The notes below the pieces were generated by a model. The model made no database searches. It had not been told where the DNA came from and saw nothing but the letters and a program-made list of their open reading frames with translations. Below are positions 1-12,500 of a stretch of DNA of 64,000 nucleotides, in pieces (the stretch's first letter is position 1; each line of letters starts with the position of its first letter). The stretch comes from Balanoglossus misakiensis (lineage: Eukaryota; Animalia; Hemichordata): contig CM082578.2 of the NCBI GenBank assembly GCA_040954595.2, positions 1 to 64,000 on the forward strand, given 5' to 3'. Both the position numbers and the translations under genes were made by a program.

Positions 1-2652
1 GTTCAATACTACATTTATTAGATATCAGCTAATTTTGGACAATCATCTAAAATCTAAATCATTTTTTCATATTTGGATATCTGATGATGTATGAAATTTC
101 CAATATATGTAAAAATGGTGCTGATTATAAAAAATGCACTCTGAATAAGCTGATTTAATACAAAATTCCGTTTTATTCGTTTTTGCACCAAAAAGGTCAT
201 TTTTAGGCAAAACATTCTTTATTTTTTTAATTCGGTGGCCTGATCATATATAAGCAATTGCTTGCATGTTAAAAGTTTTTATGACTTTTAAAAGCAGTGA
301 CACTGGCGGCATTCAACACGAAAATAACAATTTTAACCACAATTTGGTCAAAATGGTAAATTTTTGAAAATTACAAAAAATACCTGTTTTCTACATTTTC
401 GGAAATCTGATGGAGTATAGAATGCTCTTCGTATATATATATCGATACAAATTCCACAAAAGACCGTCTAAGTTGGCTCACTGCAGACAAAATTGCGTTT
501 TACCAAATTTTCCTTGAAAATGTCATTTTTAGAAAAATAAAATAAAAAAACCTTCGTTCTTCGAATTTGGTACCCTGATCATATATGACATGTTGATTGT
601 ATGTTAAAACTTTCGACCACTCCAAAAATGCAGAGATATTGACGGAATTCAAGAAAAAATAGCCATTTTGGCCATATTTTGACAAAATGGTACATTTTTG
701 AAAAATCATAAAAAATTAACTCTTTTCTTCATTTTCGGAAATATTATGGAGCATGAAGTGTCGTTCTCTTGTAAAAAGTGCTGCAAATTCCAGAAAAGGC
801 GGTATAATTTGAATCACCCAAGACAAAATTGCAATTTTTCGACTTTTTTTCGAAAAATTGTCTTTTTTACAAAATAAATAAGAATAAATTCTTTTCTTAG
901 TTTCAAACGGGTAGAGATACTTTCCACACGGATTTTCTAACATTGAATTCCCGTTCATCAACTCAGATTTCCTACAGCATAAGTCGGCTAAAACCCTGAC
1001 ACTCTAGAGCAGAAACAGTTGCACACTGGTAACGTTGAACAAGTCGATTTTTCTACGGCCTGGCTCGGCTAAATCTCCGTCACAATATGACAGACACTAG
1101 CGTACGTTAGCAACGGTGATCAAGTCAGATTTTCTACGGCATGGGTTGGATAAAGCCCCGGCACTCTAGAGCAGAAACACGCGTACAGAGACCACGTTGA
1201 TCAAGTCTGATCTCCTACGGCTTGGCTCGACTAAAACCCCGGCACACTATGGCAGACACTAGCGTTCGTTAGCAACGTTGATCAAGTCAGATTTCCTACG
1301 GCATGGCTTGGCTAAAGCCCTGGCACTCTAGAGCAGAAACACGCGTACAGAGACCACGTTGATCTACGCACATTTCCTTCGGCCTGGCACGGCTGATGCC
1401 CCGGCACTATATATAGGACACAAACTGGCGTAAGTTAACAACGGTAATCACGTCGGGTTTCCTACGGCCTGGCTCAGCTGAAGCCCCGGCACTCTAGAGC
1501 AGAAACAGGCGTACATTGACCACGTTGATCAAGTCAGATTTCCTACGGCGTGACTCGGCTGGTGCACCGGCTCTATATGACACAGACTGGCGTAAGTTAT
1601 CAACGGTGATTACGTCGGATTTCCTACGGCCTGGTTTAGCTGAAGCCCCGGCACTTTAGAGCGGAAACACGCGTACATTGACCACGATGATCAAGTCCGA
1701 TCTCCTACGGCCTGGCTCGACTAAAACCCCGGCACACCATGACAGACACTAGCGTTCGTTAGCAACGGTGATCAAGTCGGATTTCCTTCGGCCTGGCTCT
1801 GCAAAAGACCCGACACTCTAGTACAAAGACGTTGGCTAAGTTGGGCAAACCGAAGAGGGAAAGTCGCAGCGGGTCAACACTCGACATTTGTTCCGGTAGG
1901 ACTGCATTATTGCCTGTCGATTTATAGAGAGAGCCCGAATTTAACCAGGGCGTTTCAAACACCGACGTTTGTTGGGGGCAAGGCCTACAGTACTGCCGGG
2001 TAAGCTGACATCGGCGTACCGCATATAATGTAAGGGGGGGGGACAGAACGGTTCAATACTACGTTTATTAGATATCAGCTAATTTTGGACAATCATCTAA
2101 AATCTAAATCATTTTTTCATATTTGGATATCTGATGATGTATGAAATTTCCATTATATGTAAAAATGGTGCTTATTATAAAACATGCACTCTGAATGAAC
2201 TGATTTAATACAAGATTGCGTTTTATTCGTTTTTGCACCAAAAAGGTCATTTTTAGGCAAAACATTCTTTATATTTTTAATTCGGTGACCTGATCATATA
2301 TAAACAATTGCTTGTGTGTTAAAAGTTTTTATGGCTTTTAAAAGCAGTGACACTGGCGGCATTCATCACGAAAATAACAATTTTAGCCACAATTTGGTCA
2401 AAATGGTAAATTTTTGAAAATTACAAAAAATACCTGTTTTCTACACTTTCGGAAATCTGATGGAGTATAGAATGCTCTTCGTATGTATATATCGATACAA
2501 ATTCCACAAAAGACCGTCTAATTTGGCTCACTGCAGACAAAATTGCGTTTTACCAAATTTTCCTTGAAAATGTCATTTTTAGAAAAAAAAATAAAAAAAC
2601 CTTTATTCTTCGAATTTGGTGCCCTGATCATATATGACATGTTGATTGTATG
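1..2652 (-). repeat. satellite orientation block 1 (reverse)
   Basis: Reverse-complement monomer with a poly-G tract near 2034-2042. It ends at gttgattgtatg|ccaggccgaagg. Confidence 0.96.
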
Positions 2653-2657
2653 CCAGG

Positions 2658-3490
2658 CCGAAGGAAATCCGACTTGATCACCGTTGCTAACGAACGCTAG
2701 TGTCTGTCATGGTGTGCCGGGGTTTTAGTCGAGCCAGGCCGTAGGAGATCTGACTTGATCATCGTGGTCAATGTACGCGTGTTTCCGCTCTAAAGTGCCG
2801 GGGCTTCAGCTAAACCAGGCCGTAGGAAATCCGACGTAATCACCGTTGATAACTTACGCCAGTCTGTGTCATATAGAGCCGGTGCACCAGCCGAGTCACG
2901 CCGTAGGAAATCTGACTTGATCAACGTGGTCAATGTACGCCTGTTTCTGCTCTAGAGTGCCGGGGCTTCAGCTGAGCCAGGCCGTAGGAAACCCGACGTG
3001 ATTACCGTTGTTAACTTACGCCAGTTTGTGTCCTATATATAGTGCCGGGGCATCAGCCGTGCCAGGCCGAAGGAAATGTGAGTAGATCAACGTGGTCTCT
3101 GTACGCGTGTTTCTGCTCTAGAGTGCCAGGGCTTTAGCCAAGCCATGCCGTAGGAAATCTGACTTGATCAACGTTGCTAACGAACGCTAGTGTCTGTCAT
3201 AGTGTGCCGGGGTTTTAGTCGAGCCAAGCCGTAGGAGATCAGACTTGATCAACGTGGTCTCTGTACGCGTGTTTCTGCTCTAGAGTGCCGGGGCTTTATC
3301 CAACCCATGCCGTAGAAAATCTGACTTGATCACCGTTGCTAACGTACGCTAGTGTCTGTCATATTGTGACGGAGATTTAGCCGAGCCAGGCCGTAGAAAA
3401 ATCGACTTGTTCAACGTTACCAGTGTGCAACTGTTTCTGCTCTAGAGTGTCAGGGTTTTAGCCGACTTATGCTGTAGGAAATCTGAGTTG
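2658..3490 (+). repeat. GC/CpG-rich domain of ten 81-bp subrepeats alternating A/B (162-bp dimer); representative copy
   Basis: The anchor ccgtaggaaatc and its variants occur at 2658, 2739, 2820, 2901, 2982, 3067, 3148, 3229, 3310, 3391 and 3472 (81 bp, one 85-bp unit). A units contain gttgctaacgaacgctagtgtctgtcat-like sequence. B units contain gtttctgctctagagtg-like sequence. Confidence 0.93.
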
Positions 3491-3540
3491 ATGAACGGGA
3501 ATTCAATGTTAGAAAACCCGTGTGGAAAGTATCTCTACCC

Positions 3541-4440
3541 GTTTGAAACTAAGAAAAGAATTTATTCTTATTTATTTTGTAAAAAAGACAATTTTTCGAA
3601 AAAAAGTCGAAAAATTGCAATTTTGTCTTGGGTGATTCAAATTATACCGCCTTTTCTGGAATTTGCAGCACTTTTTACAAGAGAACGACACTTCATGCTC
3701 CATAATATTTCCGAAAATGAAGAAAAGAGTTAATTTTTTATGATTTTTCAAAAATGTACCATTTTGTCAAAATATGGCCAAAATGGCTATTTTTTCTTGA
3801 ATTCCGTCAATATCTCTGCATTTTTGGAGTGGTCGAAAGTTTTAACATACAATCAACATGTCATATATGATCAGGGCACCAAATTCGAAGAACGAAGGTT
3901 TTTTTATTTTATTTTTCTAAAAATGACATTTTCAAGGAAAATTTGGTAAAACGCAATTTTGTCTGCAGTGAGCCAAATTAGACGGTCTTTTGTGGAATTT
4001 GTATCGATATATATATACGAAGAGCATTCTATACTCCATCAGATTTCCGAAAATGTAGAAAACAGGTATTTTTTGTAATTTTCAAAAATTTACCATTTTG
4101 ACCAAATTGTGGTTAAAATTGTTATTTTCGTGTTGAATGCCGCCAGTGTCACTGCTTTTAAAAGTCATAAAAACTTTTAACATGTAAGCAATTGCTTATA
4201 TATGATCAGGCCACCGAATTAAAAAAATAAAGAATGTTTTGCCTAAAAATGACCTTTTTGGTGCAAAAACGAATAAAACGGAATTTTGTATTAAATCAGC
4301 TCATTCAGAGTGCATTTTTTATAATCAGCACCATTTTTACATATATTGGAAATTTCATACATCATCAGATATCCAAATATGAAAAAATGATTTAGATTTT
4401 AGATGATTGTCCAAAATTAGCTGATATCTAATAAATGTAG
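3541..4440 (+). repeat. AT-rich domain of about 5.5 diverged ~167-bp subrepeats (~335-bp dimer); representative copy
   Basis: The anchor aaaaat..acattt and its variants occur at 3581, 3750, 3919, 4084, 4245 and 4413 (161-169 bp). Alternate units are more alike: tatatgatcagg at ~3864 and ~4199, tttccgaaaatg at ~3708 and ~4043. Confidence 0.8.
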
Positions 4441-4456
4441 TATTGAACCGTTCTGT

Positions 4457-6504
4457 CCCCCCCCTACATTATATGCGGTACGCCGATGTCAGCTTACCCG
4501 GCAGTACAGCAGGCCGTGCCCCCAAATAACGTCGGTGTTTGAAACGCCCTGGTTAAATTCGGGCTTTCTCTATAAATTGACAGGCAATAATGCAGTCCTA
4601 CCCGAACAAATGTCGAGTGTTGACCCGCTGTGACTTTCCCTCTTCGGTTTGCCCGACTTAGCCAACGTCTTTGTACTGATGTGTCGGGTCTTTTGCAGAG
4701 CCAGGCCGAAGGAAATCCGACTTGATCACCGTTGCTAACGAACGCTAGTGTCTGTCATGGTGTGCCGGGGTTTTAGTCGAGCCAGGCCGTACGAGATCTG
4801 ACTTGATCATCGTGGTCAATGTACGCGTGTTTCCGCTCTAAAGTGCCGGGGCTTCAGCTAAACCAGGCCGTAGGAAATCCGACGTAATCACCGTTGATAA
4901 CTTACGCCAGTCTGTGTCATATAGAGCCGGTGCACCAGCCGAGTCACGCCGTAGGAAATCTGACTTGATCAACGTGGTCAATGTACGCCTGTTTCTGCTC
5001 TAGAGTGCCGGGGCTTCAGCTGAGCCAGGCCGTAGGAAACCCGACGTGATTACCGTTGTTAACTTACGCCAGTTTGTGTCCTATATATAGTGCCGGGGCA
5101 TCAGCCGTGCCAGGCCGAAGGAAATGTGAGTAGATCAACGTGGTCTCTGTACGCTTGTTTCTGCTCTAGAGTGCCAGGGCTTTAGCCAAGCCATGCCGTA
5201 GGAAATCTGACTTGATCAACGTTGCTAACGAACGCTAGTGTCTGTCATAGTGTGCCGGGGTTTTAGTCGAGCCAAGCCGTAGGAGATCAGACTTGATCAA
5301 CGTGGTCTCTGTACGCGTGTTTCTGCTCTAGAGTGCCGGGGTTTTATCCGAGCTATGCCGTAGAAAATCTGACTTGATCACCGTTGCTAACGTACGCTAG
5401 TGTCTGTCATATTGTGACGGAGATTTAGCCGAGCCAGGCCGTAGAAAAATCGACTTGTTCAACGTTACCAGTGTGCAACTGTTTCTGCTCTAGAGTGTCA
5501 GGGTTTTAGCCGACTTATGCTGTAGGAAATCTGAGTTGATGAACGGGAATTCAATGTTAGAAAACCCGTGTGGAAAGTATCTCTACCCGTTTGAAACTAA
5601 GAAAAGAATTTATTCTTATTTATTTTGTAAAAAAGACAATTTTTCGAAAAAAAGTCGAAAAATTGCAATTTTGTCATGGGTGATTCAAATTATACCACCT
5701 TTTCTGGAATTTGCAGCACTTTTTACAAGAGAACGACACTTCATGCTCCATAATATTTCTGAAAATGAAGAAAAGAGTTAATTTTTTATGATTTTTCAAA
5801 AATGTACCATTTTGTCAAAATATGGCCAAAATGGCTATTTTTTCTTGAATTCCGTCAATATCTCTGCATTTTTGGAGTGGTCGAAAGTTTTAACATACAA
5901 TCAACATGTCATATATGATCAGGGCACCAAATTCGAAGAACGAAGGTTTTTTTATTTTATTTTTCTAAAAATGACATTTTCAAGGAAAATTTGGTAAAAC
6001 GCAATTTTGTCTGCAGTGAGCCAAATTAGACGGTCTTTTGTGGAATTTGTATCGATATATATATACGAAGAGCATTCTATACTCCATCAGATTTCCGAAA
6101 ATGTAGAAAACAGGTATTTTTTGTAATTTTCAAAAATTTACCATTTTGACCAAATTGTGGTTAAAATTGTTATTTTCGTGTTGAATGCCGCCAGTGTCAC
6201 TGCTTTTAAAAGTCATAAAAACTTTTAACATGCAAGCAATTGCTTATATATGATCAGGCCACCGAATTAAAAAAATAAAGAATGTTTTGCCTAAAAATGA
6301 CCTTTTTGGTGCAAAAACGAATAAAACGGAATTTTGTATTAAATCAGCTCATTCAGAGTGCATTTTTTATAATCAGCACCATTTTTACATATATTGGAAA
6401 TTTCATACATCATCAGATATCCAAATATGAAAAAATGATTTAGATTTTAGATGATTGTCCAAAATTAGCTGATATCTAATAAATGTAGTATTGAACCGTT
6501 CTGT
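4457..6504 (+). repeat. representative full-length monomer (2048 bp): poly-C, GC-rich domain, AT-rich domain
   Basis: Runs from the first C of the tract at 4457 to the base before the next tract at 6505. Confidence 0.95.
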
Positions 6505-9500
6505 CCCCCCCCCCCCCCTACATTATATGCGGTACGCCGATGTCAGCTTACCCGGCAGTACTGCAGGCCGTGCCCCCAAATAACGTCGGTGTTTGAAACG
6601 CCCTGGTTAAATTCGGGCTTTCTCTATAAATTGACAGGCAATAATGCAGTCCTACCCGAACAAATGTCGAGTGTTGACCCGCTGTGACTTTCCCTCTTCG
6701 GTTTGCCCGACTTAGCCAACGTCTTTGTACTAATGTGTCGGGTCTTTTGCAGAGCCAGGCCGAAGGAAATCCGACTTGATCACCGTTGCTAACGAACGCT
6801 AGTGTCTGTCATGGTGTGCCGGGGTTTTAGAAGAGCCAGGCCGTAGGAGATCTGACTTGATCATCGTGGTCAATGTACGCGTGTTTCCGCTCTAAAGTGC
6901 CGGGGCTTCAGCTAAACCATGCCGTAGGAAATCCGACGTAATCACCGTTGATAACTTACGCCAGTCTGTGTCATATAGAGCCGGTGCACCAGCCGAATCA
7001 CGCCGTTGGAAATCTGTCTTGATCAACGTGGTCAATGTACGCCTGTTTCTGCTCTAGAGTGCCGGGGCTTCAGCTGAGCCAGGCCGTAGGAAACCCGACG
7101 TGATTACCGTTGTTAACTTACGCCAGTCTGTGTCCTATATATAGTGCCGGGGCATCAGCCGTGCCAGGCCGAAGGAAATGTGAGTAGATCAACGTGGTCT
7201 CTGTACGCGTGTTTCTGCTCTAGAGTGCCGGGGCTTTATCCAAGCCATGCCATAGAAAATCTGACTTGATCACCGTTGCTAACGTACGATAGTGTCTGTC
7301 ATAGTGTGCCGGGGTTTTAGTCGAGCCAAGCCGTAGGAGATCAGACTTGATCAACGTGGTCTCTGTACGCGTGTTTCTGCTCTAGAGTGCCGGGGCTTTA
7401 TCCGAGCTATGCCGTAGAAAATCTGACTTGATCACCGTTGCTAACGAACGCTAGTGTCTGTCATATTGTGACGGAGATTTAGCCGAGCCAGGCCGTAGAA
7501 AAATCGACTTGTTCAACGTTACCAGTGTGCAACTGTTTCTGCTCTAGAGTGTCAGGGTTTTAGCCGACTTATGCTGTAGGAAATCTGAGTTGATGAATGG
7601 GAATTCAATGTTAAAAAACCTGTGTGGAAAGTGTCTCTACCCTTTTGAAACTAAGAAAATAATTTATTCTTATTTATTTTGTAAAAAAGACAATTTTTCG
7701 AAAAAAAGTCGAAAAATTGCAATTTTGTCTTGGGTGATTCAAATTATACCGCCTTTTCTGGAATTTGCAGCACTTTTTACAAGAGAACGACACTTCATGC
7801 TCCATAATATTTCCGAAAATGAAGAAAAGAGTTAATTTTTTATGATTTTTCAAAAAATTACCATTTTTCTCAAAATATGGCCAAAATGGCTATTTTTCTT
7901 GAATTCCGTCAATATCTCTGCATTTTTGGAGTGGTCGAGAGTTTTAACATACAATCAACATGTCATATATGATCAGGGCACCAAATTCGAAGAACAAAGG
8001 TTTTTTTATTTTGTTTTCTAAAAATGACATTTTCAAGGAAAATTTGGTAAAACGCAATTTTGTCTGCAGTGAGCCAAATTAGACGGTCTTTTGTGGAATT
8101 TGTATCGATATATACATACGAAGAGCATTCTATACTCCATCAGATTTCCGAAAATGTAGAAAACAGGTATTTTTTGTAATTTTCAAAAATTTACCATTTT
8201 GACCAAATTGTGGCTAAAATTGTTATTTTCGTGATGAATGCCGCCAGTGTCACTGCTTTTAAAAGTCATAAAAACGTTTAACATACAAGCAATTGTTTAT
8301 ATATGATCAGGTCACCGAATTAAAAATATAAAGAATGTTTTGCCTAAAAATGACCTTTTTGGTGCAAAAACGAATAAAACGCAATCTTGTATTAAATCAG
8401 TTCATTCAGAGTGCATGTTTTATAATAAGCACCATTTTTACATATAATGGAAATTTCATACATCATCAGATATCCAAATATGAAAAAATGATTTAGATTT
8501 TAGATGATTGTCCAAAATTAGCTGATATCTAATAAATGTAGTATTGAACCGTTCTGTCCCCCCCCTTACATTATATGCGGTACGCCGATGTCAGCTTACC
8601 CGGCAGTACTGTAGGCCGTGCCCCCAACAAACGTCGGTGTTTGAAACGCCCTGGTTAAATTCGGGCTCTCTCTATAAATCGACAGGCAATAATGCAGTCC
8701 TACCGGAACAAATGTCGAGTGTTGACCCGCTGCGACTTTCCCTCTTCGGTTTGCCCAACTTAGCCAACGTCTTTGTACTAGAGTGTCGGGTCTTTTGCAG
8801 AGCCAGGCCGAAGGAAATCCGACTTGATCACCGTTGCTAACGAACGCTAGTGTCTGTAATGGTGTGCCGGGGTATTAGTCGAGCCAGGCCGTAGGAGATC
8901 TGACTTGATCATCGTGGTCAATGTACGCGTGTTTCCGCTCTAAAGTGCCGGGTCTTCAGCTAAACCAGGCCGTAGGAAATCCGACGTAATCACCGTTGAT
9001 AACTTACGCCAGTCTGTGTCATATAGAGCCGGTGCACCAGCCGAGTCACGCCGTAGGAAATCTGACTTGATCAACGTGGTCAATGTACGCCTGTTTCTGC
9101 TCTAGAGTGCCGGGGCTTCAGCTGAGCCAGGCCGTAGGAAACCCGACGTGATTACCGTTGTTAACTTACGCCAGTTTGTGTCCTATATATAGTGCCGGGG
9201 CATCAGCCGTGCCAGGCCGAAGGAAATGTGAGTAGATCAACGTGGTCTCTGTACGCGTGTTTCTGCTCTAGAGTGCCAGGGCTTTAGCCAAGCCATGCCG
9301 TAGGAAATCTGACTTGATCAACGCTGCTAACGAACGCTAGTGTCTGTCATAGTGTGCCGGGGTTTTAGTCGAGCCAAGCCGTAGGAGATCAGACTTGATC
9401 AACGTGGTCTCTGTACGCGTGTTTCTGCTCTAGAGTGCCGGGGCTTTATCCAACCCATGCCGTAGAAAATCTGACTTGATCACCGTTGCTAACGTACGCT

Positions 9501-12500
9501 AGTGTCTGTCATATTGTGACGGAGATTTAGCCGAGCCAGGCCGTAGAAAAATCGACTTGTTCAACGTTACCAGTGTGCAACTGTTTCTGCTCTAGAGTGT
9601 CAGGGTTTTAGCCGACTTATGCTGTAGGAAATTTGAGTTGATGAACGGGAATTCAATGTTAGAAAACCCGTGTGGAAAGTATCTCTACCCGTTTGAAACT
9701 AAGAAAAGAATTTACTCTTATTTATTTTGTAAAAAAGACAATTTTTCGAAAAAAAAGTCGAAAAATTGCAGTTTTGTCTTGGGTGATTCAAATTATACCG
9801 CCTTTTCTGGAATTTGCAGCACTTTTTACAAGAGAACGACACTTCATGCTCCATAATATTTCCGAAAATGAAGAAAAGAGTTAATTTTTTATGATTTTTC
9901 AAAAATTTACCATTTTTGTCACAATATGGCCAAAATGGCTATTTTTCTTGAATTCCATCAATATCTCAGCATTTTTGGAGTAGTCGAGAGTTTTAACATA
10001 CAATCAACATGTCATATATGATCAGGGCACCAAATTCGAAGAACAAAGGTTTTTTTTTTTTTTTTTTCTAAAAATGACATTTTCAAGGAAAATTTGGTAA
10101 AACGCAATTTTGTCTGCAGTGAGCCAAATTAGACGGTCTTTTGTGGAAATTGTATCGATATATACATACGAAGAGCATTCTACACTCCATCAGATTTCCG
10201 AAAATGTAGAAAACAGGTATTTTTTGTAAATTTCAAAAATTTACCATTTTGACTAAATTGTGGCTAAAATTGTTATTTTCGTGATGAATGCCGCCAGTGT
10301 CACTGCTTTTAAAAGTCATTAAAACTTTTAACATACAAGCAATTGTTTATATATGATCAGGTCACCGAATTAAAAAAATAAAGAATGTTTTGCCTAAAAA
10401 TGACCTTTTTGGTGCAAAAACGAATAAAACGCAATCTTGTATTAAATCAGTTCATTCAGAGTGCATGTTTTATAATAAGCACCAATTTTACATATAATGG
10501 AAATTTCATACAAAAAATCATCAGATATCCAAATATGAAAAAATGATTTAGATTTTAGATGATTGTCCAAAATTAGCTGATATCTAATAAATGTAGTATT
10601 GAACCGTTCTGCCCCCCCCCCCCCCTTACATTATATGCGGTACGCCGATGTCAGATTACCCGGCAGTACTGTAGGCCGTGCCCCCAACAAACGTCGGTGT
10701 TTGAAACGCCCTGGTTAAATTCGGGCTCTCTCTATAAATCGACAGGCAATAATGCAGTCCTACCGGAACAAATATCAAGTGTTGAACCGCTGTGACTTTC
10801 CCTGTTCGGTTTGCCCGACTTAGCCAACGTCTTTGTACTAGAGTTTCGGGTCTTTTGCAGAGCCAGGCCGAAGGAAATCCGACTTGATCACCGTTGCTAA
10901 CGAACGCTAGTGTCTGTCATGGTGTGCCGGGGTTTTAGTCGAGCCAGGCCGTAGGAGATCTGACTTGATCATCGTGGTCAATGTACGCGTGTTTCCGCTC
11001 TAAAGTGCCGGGGCTTCAGCTAAACCAGGCCGTAGGAAATCCGACGTAATCACCGTTGATAACTTACGCCAGTCTGTGTCATATAGAGCCGGTGCACCAG
11101 CCGAGTCACGCCGTAGGAAATCTGACTTGATCAACGTGGTCAATGTACGCCTGTTTCTGCTCTAGAGTGCCGGGGCTTCAGCTGAGCCAGGCCGTAAGAA
11201 AACCCGACGTGATTACCGTTGTTAACTTACGCCAGTCTGTGTCCTATATATAGTGCCGGGGCATCAGCCGTGCCAGGCCGAAGGAAATGTGAGAAGATCA
11301 ACGTGGTCTCTGTACGCGTGTTTCTGCTCTAGAGTGCCAGGGCTTTAGTTAAGCCATGCCGTAGGAAATCTGACTTGATCAAAGTTGCTAACGAACGCTA
11401 GTGTCTGTCATAGTGTGCCGGGGTTTTAGTCGAGCCAAGCCGTAGGAGATCAGACTTGATCAACGTGGTCTCTGTACGCGTGTTTCTGCTCTAGAGTGCC
11501 AGGGCTTTATCCAAGCCATGCCGTAGAAAATCTGACTTGATCACCGTTGCTAACGTACGCTAGTGTCTGTCATATTGTGACGGAGATTTAGCCGAGCCAG
11601 GTCGTAGAAAAATCGACTTGTTCAACGTTACCAGTGTGCAACTGTTTCTGCTCTAGAGTGTCAGGGTTTTTGCCGACTTATGCTGTAGGAAATCTGAGTT
11701 GATGAACGGGAATTCAATGTTAGAAAACCCGTGTGGAAAGTATCTCTACCCGTTTGAAACTAAGAAAAGAATTTATTCTTATTTATTTTGTAAAAAAAGA
11801 CAATTTTTCGAAAAAAAGTTGAAAATGGTAATTTTGTCTTGGGTGATTCAAATTATACCGCCTTTTCTGGAATTTGCAGCACTTTTTGCAAGAGAACGAC
11901 ACTTCATGCTCCATAATATTTCCGAAAATGAAGAAAAGAGTTAATTTTTTATGATTTTTCAAAAATTTACCATTTTTGTCAAAATATGGCCAAAATGGCT
12001 ATTTTTCTTGAATTCCGTCAATATCTCTGCATTTTTGGAGTGGTCGAGAGTTTTAACATACAATCAACATGTCATATATGATCAGGGCACCAAATTCGAA
12101 GAACAAAGGTTTTTTTATTTTTTTTTCTAAAAATGACATTTTCAAGGAAAATTTGGTAAAACGCAATTTTGTCTGCAGTGAGCCAAATTAGACGGTCTTT
12201 TGTGGAATTTGTATCGATATATACATACGAAGAGCATTCTATACTCCATCAGATTTCCGAAAATGTAGAAAACAGGTATTTTTTGTAATTTTCAAAAATT
12301 TACCATTTTGACCAAATTGTGGCTAAAATTGTTATTTTCGTGATGAATGCCGCCAGTGTCACTGCTTTTAAAAGTCATAAAAACTTTTAACATACAAGCA
12401 ATTGTTTATATATGATCAGGTCACCGAATTAAAAATATAAAGAATGTTTTGCCTAAAAATGACCTTTTTGGTGCAAAAACGAATAAAACGCAATCTTGTA

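Noticed and set aside
61-120. Hammerhead-like core ctgatga-tgtat-gaaa, as in newt or schistosome satellites
   Set aside because: There is no stem II, stem III cannot pair next to a valid NUH site, and some copies mutate the segment. An Infernal search would settle it.
1995-2090. Spliced-leader RNA-like layout: gg|gtaag donor and aattttgg Sm-like site
   Set aside because: The upstream sequence matches no leader I know, a variable poly-G tract lies between the motifs, and both motifs are short enough to occur by chance.
2658-3490. Regular 81-bp repeats resembling a CRISPR array or tRNA cluster
   Set aside because: Whole units are homologous, with no unique spacers and no cas genes. An A-box-like tagccgagccag is present, but there is no T-loop or acceptor stem.
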